Shown here: one piece after another, positions 39,549-48,578 of the stretch
How the letters are laid out: every line of letters starts with the position of its first letter
How positions within the stretch are numbered: the first letter of the stretch is position 1
NCBI GenBank assembly: GCA_963776345.1
Contig: CAVZMH010000002.1
Coordinates: 1-64,000 of the forward strand
Origin: an uncultured delta proteobacterium
GTDB taxonomy: Bacteria; Myxococcota; Myxococcia; Myxococcales; Myxococcaceae
Length of the DNA stretch: 64,000 bases
Reading direction: 5' to 3'
Translations under genes and position numbers: made by a program
Notes under the pieces: generated by a model
Told to the model about the DNA's origin: nothing
Seen by the model: the letters and a program-made list of their open reading frames with translations, nothing else
Databases searched by the model: none

Positions 39549-41885
39549 CTAGTAGGGGTACAGGGATGACCAGTCCGAGAAGCCGCCCGCGAGCACCTCG
39601 GCCGGGCTGAAGAAGCGGCCCATCCGGTTCTCGTCGATGACCATCGTGGCCCCGCCGGGCGCAGCGCCGAACCGGCCGACGAACGCGCGGAAGACCGACT
39701 CGGTCTCCGCGTCCAGCGGATACTCGAAGGCATAGGTCTTCCAGCGCTGCCACGGCTCGATCCCGTTCCTGGAGCGCCACCAGGTGAGATCGACGTGCTC
39801 GTAGCTGACGCCGGCCACGCTGTAGGTGGAGACGTGACGCTCGAGGCTGAGCAGGTCGTCGATGTTGTCGTCGGGATCCATGTTCGCGATGTAGAGGTCC
39901 TTGACCGGATCGCCCAGTGTCGCGTTGAGCCGTTGCCAGGGCCCGATCGCCGACTCGGAGATCGCCCAGTGCCCGTCCACCACCGCCAGCACGTCGGTGA
40001 CGCCGTCGCCGGTGAAGTCCCCGAAGCGGAGCTCGCTCATCGGGAAGCTGGAACTCGCGACGGGGCTCCAGGCCGCTCCCGAGAGCGGGGTCACGTACCA
40101 CTGGCCGACGGGACTGCGGAAGAAGGCGTGCGTCGTCTGCAGCGTCACGCCGGGCCGGTGGTCCCTCACGGATGGATCGAACCGGCCGAGCTGGACCTCG
40201 GCGAGCGGAACACCGAACGCGCCGAGCGACCTCCACGGTCCGGTACCGCCGCTGGAGACGAGCCACTGTCCGTCCCGCTCGGTCAGCACGTCGCAGCGCT
40301 GGTCCCCGTCGAAGTAGCCGAGCCTGACCTGCTCCAGCCGCTCCGTCCTGGCGGCGAGAAAGGACCACTGGAGCTCGCCGTAGCTCGAGAACCACCAGGT
40401 CCTCCCGGTGGCGAGGAAGAGGTCGTCCACCCCATCCCCATCGAAGTCGCAGACGCCATACTGCCCGAAGGTGTCGACATCGTAAGTGTTGTGCGGGCCC
40501 ACCGTGACGTTGTCGTTCGTGTAGAGGTCGATCGCGTCGTCCTGTCCGTAGGGGAAGACGTTGCCGTCGATGAGCGCTCCGATCGCCGGCTTCCCGCGGA
40601 GGTGAATGTCGGTGTCCTTCCGGTACTGAAAGGCGTTGGAGAGGATCCAGAACTGGATCCCGGCGTCGCCACATTGATCGTGGCTCCACCAGCAGCCGCT
40701 CCCATGGGCGTCGAAGATGTGGGTGTACGAGTTGAAGAAGTCCCCCTGGTACCCGCCGCCCCTGAGCACCAGGTTCTGCTCCGCCCAGTACCCTCCGGTC
40801 GGGGCGCCCGCCGCGATCGCGTGCCGGTTGAAGTCGAAGACGTTCCTGGAGATCCGCGCCCAGGCTCCGTTGTCGGTGTTCACACCGTAGCCCAGGGCGT
40901 GCCCAAGCCCGATGATGGGATAACCGCCCTCATCGGGGTGCTGATTGTGGTGGATGAAGTTGTCGTGGATGCGGACCTGGTCCGGGTTCATGATTCGACC
41001 GCCGGGGGCGTTGCTCTCCGAGGCGTGGTCGGGACCGACCTCGTCGACCACCTCGATTCCGACCCCACCCCAGCCGGCGATCTCCATGTTGGAGATCTCC
41101 ACGTCGATGCACCGGAAGACCCGGATGCCCTTCTCGGAGGTCTTCTGGAATCCGAGGTACGGGCCGAAGAGCCGGAAGCCCGAGATCCGGGCCCCGTCAC
41201 CCTCGAATACCGGCGCACCGTCATTGCCCTGGGCGCAGGCGATGTGCAGGAAGATGCCGGGGCCCTTGTCGCGCGCCTTTCCGTACCGCAGCACGGGCCC
41301 GAGCGAATGCGGCGTCCGGCCCGGCCCCGCGGGCGTCGGGAGCCCCGCGCCGACAGGCGGCGGTGGCCCAGCGCCGACAGGCGTCGGGGCGTCGAACGAG
41401 GCCACGCTGGTCAGGGTGACGCATCGGCCGAAGATCAGCGGAAACCAATCGCCCGGAAGATCCGAGAAATCCAGGTCCACACCCGGTCCGAGTCGGACCA
41501 GCATGTTGTCCATCGCCAGCGAGTCCTTGAGCTGCTGGCGCTGGCTCCTCCGGACCGCGGGATCCTCGCTCGCCACGATGTCCACCACCTGGCGATGGGA
41601 GGGGCACTGCGGCTGTCGATGCCCCAGCTCGGGAACGTGAGGCGAGCCCACATCCCGGGCCGGCGGGTCGCGGTCGCGCCCGTTCCACGACCGGTGGCCG
41701 GGCCGGAAGCCTCGTCCCTCCGCGGCTTCCTCGGAGCGCGGGTCGACAGGTCCATCTCGCCGGGCGTGCGAACGCTCGCCGGCGTTCTCCGCCGCCTCGG
41801 AGCGGCTCCTCTCCTCGTGCTCGGCGCGAGCGCCTCCGCTGGCGATCAGCAGCGCGGCCGCCATGACGCAGGCTCTGGCAGGCAT
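39549..41885 (-). CDS. Secreted protein: right-handed beta-helix domain plus C-terminal FG-GAP/VCBS-like repeats
   Basis: Signal peptide; IHDNFIHHN, ISRNVFDFNRHAI; DFDGDGVDDL, FDGDQRCDV, DFTGDGVTDV. Confidence 0.75.
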   Translation of the reverse strand: MPARACVMAAALLIASGGARAEHEERSRSEAAENAGERSHARRDGPVDPRSEEAAEGRGFRPGHRSWNGRDRDPPARDVGSPHVPELGHRQPQCPSHRQVVDIVASEDPAVRRSQRQQLKDSLAMDNMLVRLGPGVDLDFSDLPGDWFPLIFGRCVTLTSVASFDAPTPVGAGPPPPVGAGLPTPAGPGRTPHSLGPVLRYGKARDKGPGIFLHIACAQGNDGAPVFEGDGARISGFRLFGPYLGFQKTSEKGIRVFRCIDVEISNMEIAGWGGVGIEVVDEVGPDHASESNAPGGRIMNPDQVRIHDNFIHHNQHPDEGGYPIIGLGHALGYGVNTDNGAWARISRNVFDFNRHAIAAGAPTGGYWAEQNLVLRGGGYQGDFFNSYTHIFDAHGSGCWWSHDQCGDAGIQFWILSNAFQYRKDTDIHLRGKPAIGALIDGNVFPYGQDDAIDLYTNDNVTVGPHNTYDVDTFGQYGVCDFDGDGVDDLFLATGRTWWFSSYGELQWSFLAARTERLEQVRLGYFDGDQRCDVLTERDGQWLVSSGGTGPWRSLGAFGVPLAEVQLGRFDPSVRDHRPGVTLQTTHAFFRSPVGQWYVTPLSGAAWSPVASSSFPMSELRFGDFTGDGVTDVLAVVDGHWAISESAIGPWQRLNATLGDPVKDLYIANMDPDDNIDDLLSLERHVSTYSVAGVSYEHVDLTWWRSRNGIEPWQRWKTYAFEYPLDAETESVFRAFVGRFGAAPGGATMVIDENRMGRFFSPAEVLAGGFSDWSSLYPY

Positions 41886-42019
41886 CTGGATTCCCCGTGA
41901 GAGGGGTGGCTCAGGCGCCGCCCCACCCAGTGACACGAAATCGCCCGCCGAAAGCGGACACCGGCACACGAAGGCCTGGCGTTCTCGCACCGGGTGTCCT
42001 ACCAACGCCGGTTCGGCGC

Positions 42020-42676
42020 ATGCCCGTCTCGCTGGAAGCCCGCCATCTCCGGAAGACCTACGAGGGTCGCGTGCTGCTCGACGGCGTCGACCTCCGGCTC
42101 GGGGGCGGGAGCATCACCACCCTCAGCGGGCCGTCGGGCGGCGGGAAGACGACGCTGCTCAGGATCCTCGGCCTCCTCGCCGAGCCGGACGACGGACAGA
42201 TGCTGCTCGACGGCGCGGACGTCCGCACGCTCTCGCCCCGCGCCACCCGGCGGCGCGTCGCGCTCGTGGCCCAGGCGCCGGCCATGTTCCAGGGCACGGT
42301 GCTGGACAACGTGCGGACGGGCCCACGGCTCGCGGGGGAGGAACTCGCGGAAGCCACCGCGCGCGAGCTGATCGTCCGCGCCGGCCTCGAGCCGCAGTTC
42401 CTCACCCAGGACGCGCGGGCGCTCTCGGGTGGCGAGAAGCTTCGAGTCGCCGTCGCACGGGCGCTGGCCCTGCGTCCGGAGGTGTGGCTCCTCGACGAGC
42501 CCACCGCGGCGCTCGACGTCGAGCGGGCGGATCTCCTGGTGGGCCTGCTCCGCGAGCTCGCGACGGCGGGCGCGGCGATCCTGGTCGTCACCCACGACGC
42601 ACGCGCGCTCGAGCAACTCGGCGGAAGACACCTCCTGCTCGCCGCCGGGCGACTGGCGGAGGAGGCAGCGGCATGA
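42020..42676 (+). CDS. ABC transporter ATP-binding protein (FetA/YbbL-like)
   Basis: GPSGGGKTT, LSGGE, LLDEPTAALD, VTHD. Confidence 0.9.
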   Translation: MPVSLEARHLRKTYEGRVLLDGVDLRLGGGSITTLSGPSGGGKTTLLRILGLLAEPDDGQMLLDGADVRTLSPRATRRRVALVAQAPAMFQGTVLDNVRTGPRLAGEELAEATARELIVRAGLEPQFLTQDARALSGGEKLRVAVARALALRPEVWLLDEPTAALDVERADLLVGLLRELATAGAAILVVTHDARALEQLGGRHLLLAAGRLAEEAAA

Positions 42677-42857
42677 GCGCTCTCTCCGTTTCGCCGCCGG
42701 CCGCCGGTGCGCTCCTGCCGGTCGCTCCTGCGCCCCGGCGCATGGACTCGCCGCGGACGTCGAGCCGCGAGCGACCGAGGCGGCTCGCTCCTGGAGCTCT
42801 CGACGCCGGCGCCTCGTGGTCGCGCCTCGCGCCTGCCGAGAAGGAGAAGGTGGCGCC

Positions 42858-43658
42858 TTGAGCTACGTCAGCGTCTCGCTCCCGCAGCTCGTGCTCTCGC
42901 TGGGCCTGATGGCGCTGGCGATCGCCGTCTCCTCGCAGAACCGGCTCGGGCTGGAGAAGGACCTCCTGGTCGGCACCGTCCGGGCCGCGGTGCAGCTGTT
43001 CGCGGTCGGGCTGCTCCTGAGCCTCATCTTCCAGAACGAGCACCCGGCCGGTGTCCTCGGCCTGATCGGGATCATGGTCGTGGTCGCCGGCTGGACCGCG
43101 GCGCGGCGCATCGCCCACGGGCCCGGCACGGGCGTGCTGTTCCGCCACGCCACCCTGGCGGTCCTCGCCGCCGGCATGGTGGTCCTGGTCCCGGTGTTCG
43201 CCTTCGTCATCCGGCCGGCGCGCTGGTACGAGGCGCGGCTCTTGATCCCCATCTCGGGGATGATCCTCAGCAACGCGATGAACGGCGTGGCGCTGGTCTT
43301 CGAGCGGGTGTTCGCCTCGGTCCACGACGACGCCGCGGGGGTGGAGCAGCTCCTCTCGCTCGGAGCGAGCCCGAAGCAGGCGGTGGAGCGGCACGTCCGG
43401 GCGGCGATGAACGCGGCGCTCCGGCCCACCATCAACGGCCTGCTCACGGTGGGGCTGGTGGCGCTCCCGGGGATGATGACCGGCCAGATCGTCAGCGGCA
43501 CCGCGCCGGACCAGGCGGTGCGGTACCAGCTGGTCATCATGTACCAGCTGGTCGCGGTGGCCGCGGTGGCGGGCGCCCTCGCCGCCCGCTTTGCCCGCGC
43601 GCTGTCGTTCACGGACAGGGAGCAGCTCCGCACGTTCGCCGATCGCCGGGTGGGGTAG
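42858..43658 (+). CDS. ABC permease UPF0014 (FetB/YbbM-like)
   Basis: GTVRAAVQL, IPISGMILSNAMN, GLVALPGMMTGQI..AVRYQ; TTG start after AAGGAG. Confidence 0.9.
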   Translation: MSYVSVSLPQLVLSLGLMALAIAVSSQNRLGLEKDLLVGTVRAAVQLFAVGLLLSLIFQNEHPAGVLGLIGIMVVVAGWTAARRIAHGPGTGVLFRHATLAVLAAGMVVLVPVFAFVIRPARWYEARLLIPISGMILSNAMNGVALVFERVFASVHDDAAGVEQLLSLGASPKQAVERHVRAAMNAALRPTINGLLTVGLVALPGMMTGQIVSGTAPDQAVRYQLVIMYQLVAVAAVAGALAARFARALSFTDREQLRTFADRRVG

Positions 43659-43670
43659 TCTCCCGGCCCG

Positions 43671-44771
43671 GTGAGGGTGCCCGCGACAGTCCTGGTCTCG
43701 CTGGCGCTCGCCTGCGCCACGCCGACGGAGCGTCCGCCGCCAGCGAGTGGCGAGCCCCCGGCGGCCACCCCTGGCCCGGGAGCCATCGCGGCGGACGGCG
43801 GATCGGCCGTGATCGGCCCCGCGACCCCCGCCGGGTTCTCCGAGGTGGACGCGCTCCTCGCGGAGTCACTGCCCGCGTGGGGCGGCGGCGTCCTCCGCGT
43901 GGAGCAGGGCGACGCGGTCATCTTCGAGCGGGCCTACGGCGGCTACACCGTTGCCGACGCCGTGCCCATCGCCTCGGCGACGAAGGTCCTCAGCACCCTG
44001 GTCATCCTCTCGCTGGTGAAGGATGGGAGGCTCGCGCTCGAGACCCCGGTCCGCTCGCTGGTCCCCGACTGGCCGAAGGACAAGGCGGCCGTCACGCTGC
44101 GGATGCTGCTGGCCCAGACCTCGGGGCTGCCGGCCCGCTCGCCGTGCCTCGAGACGCGCTCGACGACGCTCCCCGCCTGCACCCAGGAGATCGCCAGGAC
44201 GCCGCTCCGGGCGCCGCCGGGCACGGCCTTCATCGACGGCGGGGCGGGGTTCCAGGTGGCCGGGCGGATGGCCGAGCTCGCCTCGGGCCAGCCGTGGGCG
44301 CTGCTCATCCAGACCCGGCTGATGGATCCGCTCGGGTTCCGGAGCACCGGGTTCGGCCGGACCGACAACCCGCGCATCGCCGGCGGCGCCCAGGCCAGCG
44401 CGGCCGAGTACGCCCGCGCGCTGCGCCAGCTCCTCCCGGGCCCGAGCCCCGACCTCCTCGGGCCCGCGCTCCGGGAAGCGGTGCTCGCCGACCAGACCGG
44501 AGGCCTGCCGCTGGCCCAGTCGGCGTACTCGCTCGCCCCGGGACGCGAGTCGCTGCGGGCCGGGCTCGGCGTCTACCGGGATCGCTCCGCGCCCGACGGA
44601 CGGGCGCTCGAGGTCGTGGCCCAGGGCGTGTTCGGCTTCACCGGCTGGGTGGACACCGAGCGGCGACTGGTCGGCGTCCTGGTGGTCCGGGGAAAGGTCT
44701 CCGAGGTGTGGCCGGTGGAGCAGCGCGTCCGGGAGCTCGTCCGAAAGGCGGTGCCGGTGGCTGCTCGATGA
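43671..44771 (+). CDS. Serine hydrolase (beta-lactamase family) lipoprotein
   Basis: LALAC lipobox, SATK (SxxK), LLAQTSGL. Confidence 0.8.
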   Translation: MRVPATVLVSLALACATPTERPPPASGEPPAATPGPGAIAADGGSAVIGPATPAGFSEVDALLAESLPAWGGGVLRVEQGDAVIFERAYGGYTVADAVPIASATKVLSTLVILSLVKDGRLALETPVRSLVPDWPKDKAAVTLRMLLAQTSGLPARSPCLETRSTTLPACTQEIARTPLRAPPGTAFIDGGAGFQVAGRMAELASGQPWALLIQTRLMDPLGFRSTGFGRTDNPRIAGGAQASAAEYARALRQLLPGPSPDLLGPALREAVLADQTGGLPLAQSAYSLAPGRESLRAGLGVYRDRSAPDGRALEVVAQGVFGFTGWVDTERRLVGVLVVRGKVSEVWPVEQRVRELVRKAVPVAAR

Positions 44772-45733
44772 GGGCACCCCTCTGCCTTCTCCTCCTCGCG
44801 GTCTCCGCCTGCGCGGCCGCGCCCCCCACGTCGCCCGCCAGCGCCGGGGCGCTGCGGGTCGCGGTCACCGTCGACGACCTCCCGCGCCACGGGCCCGAGG
44901 CTCCGGGGCAGGATCGGCTGGCGCTGCACCGCGCGCTGCTCGAGGCGCTGGCTCGCCACCACGTTCCGCGGGTCTACGGGTTCGTCAATTCCGGCCGCGC
45001 GCATCCGGGGGATCGGGCCGCGCTCGAGGCGTGGGTGGCCGCCGGGAACCCGCTGGGGAACCACACCGCGCACCACCCGGACCTCGGAAGCGTCGGCATC
45101 GACGCCTACCTCGCCGACGTCGACGCCGGCGAGCCCCTGCTGGCCGAGCTCCTCGGCCCGGGACAGGACCGGGTCTGGAAGGTGTTCCGCTACCCGTACC
45201 TCCGGCAGGGGACGGACGTGCCCTCGCGGCTGGCGCTCCGGCGGGCGCTCGTCGAGCGCCACTACCGCATCGCCGAGGTGACCATCGACTTCGATGACTG
45301 GGCGTACAACGGGCCCTACGTCCGGTGCCTGGAGCGTGGAGACACGGCCAGCGTCGAGGCGCTCGAGTCGATGTTCCTCGACTCGGCCATCTCGCAGCTC
45401 CGCTGGGCGGACGACACCCTGCGCCGGCTCGTCGGCCGGCCCGTGCCCCACGTGCTGCTGCTGCACGCGGGCGCCTTCGACGCGCACATCCTGGACCGGC
45501 TCCTCGCCGCATACGAGACGGCGGGAGCGCGCTGGGTCCCGCTCGACGAGGTGTTCGAGGACCCCGTGTACCAGCGCGAGCCCGAGCCGCCGCGGTCCTG
45601 GCGTGCCGAGCTCCCCGTCCAGATGGTCCGGGCGCGGCAGATCCAGGGGTTCGCCTTCCCCTCCTCCCCGGAACCGCTCCTGGAGCGACTCTGCCGCCGG
45701 GACGGGGAACGCGCCGAGCGACCCGATCCATGA
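44768..45733 (+). CDS. Polysaccharide deacetylase (NodB-like) lipoprotein
   Basis: VTVDDLP, GNHTAHH, FRYPY, VLLLH. Confidence 0.85.
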   Translation: MRAPLCLLLLAVSACAAAPPTSPASAGALRVAVTVDDLPRHGPEAPGQDRLALHRALLEALARHHVPRVYGFVNSGRAHPGDRAALEAWVAAGNPLGNHTAHHPDLGSVGIDAYLADVDAGEPLLAELLGPGQDRVWKVFRYPYLRQGTDVPSRLALRRALVERHYRIAEVTIDFDDWAYNGPYVRCLERGDTASVEALESMFLDSAISQLRWADDTLRRLVGRPVPHVLLLHAGAFDAHILDRLLAAYETAGARWVPLDEVFEDPVYQREPEPPRSWRAELPVQMVRARQIQGFAFPSSPEPLLERLCRRDGERAERPDP

Positions 45734-45786
45734 CCCTGCGCCGACCCCGTCGTCGGCTCCCGGCGCCCCGGGGCGAGCGCCGCGCT

Positions 45787-46098
45787 TCAGAGGTCGGCGA
45801 GCCGCTCGTCGATCTCCTCGGCGAGCGACGGATGGTTCTGGGCCAGGGCCCGCTCCCGGGCGCCCTCCAGCACGCTCCGCGCCTCGTCCCGGCGGCCTGC
45901 GCCGGCGAGCGCGTCGCCCAGGGAGACCAGCGCCGCCGCGTAGTCCGGCTGGAGCGACACCGCCGTCTTCAGGCTCTCCACCGCCTCGGCGTACCGGCGC
46001 TCCTCGAGCAGGAGCTTGCCCAGGGAGAGGTGCACCATCGGCGAGCCCGGATGATCGGCAGCCAGCTTCCGGAACTGCGCCTCGCGTTCGCTGCCCAT
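45787..46098 (-). CDS. TPR protein
   Basis: [31 protein letters not shown]. Confidence 0.8.
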   Translation of the reverse strand: MGSEREAQFRKLAADHPGSPMVHLSLGKLLLEERRYAEAVESLKTAVSLQPDYAAALVSLGDALAGAGRRDEARSVLEGARERALAQNHPSLAEEIDERLADL

Positions 46099-46157
46099 CG
46101 CGATCGCCCTCGTACCACTCGCAGGGAGCAAGCGCTCTGTCTTATGGTGCGCCGCCG

Positions 46158-46616
46158 TTGAGCCCCGCCAAGAGCAAGTCCAAGCGCCCCCGCCCGGCCG
46201 CCGGCCGCGCCGGTCCCAGGAAGCGCCCTGCCCGCCGTCCGGCCGCGCCTGCCGCCCAGCCGCGGCGCGAGAACCCCGAGGCGCTGGCCCTCTCCCGGCG
46301 TGCGGCGCAGCTCCTGGTCGACCGCAAGGCGACCGACGTGGTGCTGCTCGACGTCCGGGGGATGAGCAGCTACGCGGACTACTTCGTCCTCGCCTCCGGC
46401 GACTCGGAGCGAGGGGTCGTCGCCACCGCCGAGCACGTGCGCGAGACGCTGAAGGCCGCCGGCCACCGGACCATCGGCACCGAGGGGTTCGACACCGGCC
46501 ACTGGGTGCTGCTCGACTTCGGCGAGGTGGTGGTCCACGTCTTCTTCACCGAGGTGCGCGCCTTCTACGACCTCGATGGCCTCTGGGCCGACGCACCCAA
46601 GGAGAAGGTGGTCTGA
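46158..46616 (+). CDS. rsfS: Ribosome silencing factor
   Basis: [45 protein letters not shown]. Confidence 0.93.
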   Translation: MSPAKSKSKRPRPAAGRAGPRKRPARRPAAPAAQPRRENPEALALSRRAAQLLVDRKATDVVLLDVRGMSSYADYFVLASGDSERGVVATAEHVRETLKAAGHRTIGTEGFDTGHWVLLDFGEVVVHVFFTEVRAFYDLDGLWADAPKEKVV

Positions 46617-47074
46617 AGCTGCGCGTCCTCTCCGTGGGGCGCGATCGGTCCGGTTGGTTCGAGCCCGGGGTCCAGGGCTACGCGGAGCGGCTCCGGCGGC
46701 ACCTCCAGCTCGAGCTGGTCGAGCTCCCCGCGGCGAAGGGCGCTCTCCCCCCTGCGGACGCACGCCGGCGCGAGGGCGAGGCGCTGCTCGCGAAGCTCGG
46801 TCCGGACAGCTGGCTGGTGGCGCTGGACGAGCGCGGCACGCTGCTCGACTCGGTGGAGCTCTCACGGCTGGTGGCCACCGCCCGGGACGCCGGCCGCGAG
46901 CTGGTCTTCTGCATCGGCGGCGACGAGGGCCTCGACCCTTCGGTGCGCGAGCGAGCGTGGAAGGTGGTCGCGCTGTCGCGGATGACGCTTCCCCACCGCC
47001 TGGCCCGACTGGTGCTGATGGAGCAGCTCTACCGCGCCTTCTCGCTGCTGCGTGGCGAGCCGTACCACAAGTAG
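46613..47074 (+). CDS. rlmH: 23S rRNA pseudouridine1915 N3-methyltransferase, probable CTG start
   Basis: (M)[47 protein letters not shown]. Confidence 0.93.
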   Translation: MKLRVLSVGRDRSGWFEPGVQGYAERLRRHLQLELVELPAAKGALPPADARRREGEALLAKLGPDSWLVALDERGTLLDSVELSRLVATARDAGRELVFCIGGDEGLDPSVRERAWKVVALSRMTLPHRLARLVLMEQLYRAFSLLRGEPYHK

Positions 47075-47117
47075 GCGCTGGCGCCGTGGCGGTCCCGGCA
47101 TTATCCATGCGCCGCGC

Positions 47118-47342
47118 ATGATCACCATCACCTACTGCAACGTCTGAGGTTACCTGCCGAGGGCCACCCGTGCGGCGGCCGAGCTGAAGAAGGCGCTGGG
47201 CGTGGAGGCGGAGCTGGTTCCCGGAAGCGGCGGCATCTTCGAGGTCGCGGTGGACGGGAAGGTGGTGGCGAAGAAGGGCCTGGGCGGCTTCCCGGACGAG
47301 CAGGCGGTGGTCAAGGCCGTGGGCGCCGCGCTCAAGCGCTGA
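47118..47342 (+). CDS. Rdx (SelW/SelT/SelH) family selenoprotein, CxxU; in-frame TGA 47145-47147 read as Sec
   Basis: MITITYCNV-U-GYLPRATRAAAELKKALGVEAELVPGSGGIFEVAVDGKVVAKKGLGGFPDEQAVV..; not in the ORF track. Confidence 0.9.
47162..47180 (+). promoter_or_regulatory. Putative bacterial SECIS hairpin
   Basis: GGCC-A-CC-(CGTGC)-GG-C-GGCC starting 14 nt after the UGA. Confidence 0.6.
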
Positions 47343-48435
47343 CCGGGCCGGCGGCGGACATCCGCCGCGGGGCGCTGCGCCGATCGAGACGCCGGTAGAT
47401 CTTGTCCGTCACCCAGGCGAGCGCGGCGGTCGCGGCGATGACGAGTGCGGTGAGTCCGGCGAAGCCCGCCCAGCCGCACCGGCCGCCGGCGACGCCGGCG
47501 AGCGAGACGCCACGGACCTCGTAGTAGATGAGCATCTCGTGGAAGAAGTACGCCGCGAGCGACGAGGTGCCGAAGAGCTCGAGGAGCCACACCGACGGTG
47601 AGCGCCGCGCGCCAGCGGGAGCGCGGGCCTCGATCGCCAGCAGCGCCAGGAGCACTGCCATCACCATCATGCCCCGGGCGCCCGAGTTCGCGGGGTCGGT
47701 GACCCAGAACGCGTGCGGCGGGTAGAGGGCGAGCCAGACTGGCCTGAGGAACCATGCCGCGGCCGAGCCGAGGGCGATGCCCAGCGCGAGCCGGCGCACC
47801 TGTGCCGCGCTCCCCTTCGCCGCGGTCGCTCCCGCCGCCCCGCCGAGGAACGCCCAGCCCGCCCAGGGGAGGAGGGGAAACACCGACCGGTGCGGGCCGT
47901 CCTTGTTGAACAGGTCCTGCAGCGGTCCGGTCACCCCGTCGGCGAACGGGGCCGCCAGGAAGAGCGCCACGCCGACCAGCAGCGAGGCGATGGCGAGCGT
48001 GCGCGGGCGCGGGGCGAGCGCCACGTCCAGCGGCAGGGCGGCGAGCAGCGTGAGCCCGATGCACTGGAGGATGTCCACCCGGAGGAGCCAGGCCGGCTCG
48101 ACGGAGATCGGGAACCACACCCAGTTGATCAGCGTGCCGACCGCGAGCACCTCGCCGATGCGCCGGAGCGAACGGAGCACGCGCGGGCTGCGCGCTCCGC
48201 CGGCCGACGCGGCACGCACCTGGACCAGAGCCAGCGAGAACCCGGCGGCGAAGATGAAGGACGGCGCCACCAGCCCGTTCACCCAGTCGAGCGCCCCGGC
48301 CGTCCAGGTGGCGAGCAGCTCCTTGCGCAGCAGGACCATCGCGTGGGTCTCGACCATGACCAGCACCGCGAGGCCACGGAGCCAGTCGAAGGCCCGGACG
48401 CGTGCCAGGGCGGAGGGCTGGGGCGGGCTGGACAC
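47332..48435 (-). CDS. DUF1624/HGSNAT-like membrane acyltransferase
   Basis: FDWLRGLAVLVMVETH, PSFIFAAG, VDILQCIG, FPLLPW. Confidence 0.8.
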   Translation of the reverse strand: MSSPPQPSALARVRAFDWLRGLAVLVMVETHAMVLLRKELLATWTAGALDWVNGLVAPSFIFAAGFSLALVQVRAASAGGARSPRVLRSLRRIGEVLAVGTLINWVWFPISVEPAWLLRVDILQCIGLTLLAALPLDVALAPRPRTLAIASLLVGVALFLAAPFADGVTGPLQDLFNKDGPHRSVFPLLPWAGWAFLGGAAGATAAKGSAAQVRRLALGIALGSAAAWFLRPVWLALYPPHAFWVTDPANSGARGMMVMAVLLALLAIEARAPAGARRSPSVWLLELFGTSSLAAYFFHEMLIYYEVRGVSLAGVAGGRCGWAGFAGLTALVIAATAALAWVTDKIYRRLDRRSAPRRMSAAGPVSA

Positions 48436-48489
48436 GGGCCGGTTGTACCAGGGAGGGAGCACGCGGGACGTCGAATCCCCCCGCGACCT

Positions 48490-48523
48490 GGGGTGCCAGA
48501 CACCTCATGGCCTCGACACCTCG
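48490..48523. repeat. Degenerate copy of the palindrome (GGGGTGCCAGACACCTC) plus a half-site
   Basis: In the divergent intergenic region before gpmI. Confidence 0.6.
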
Positions 48524-48578
48524 CTCCCTCGACCTGTCCGTGGTCGACGCTGGCCGGGGCGCTGGCTAGATAGGGCCC

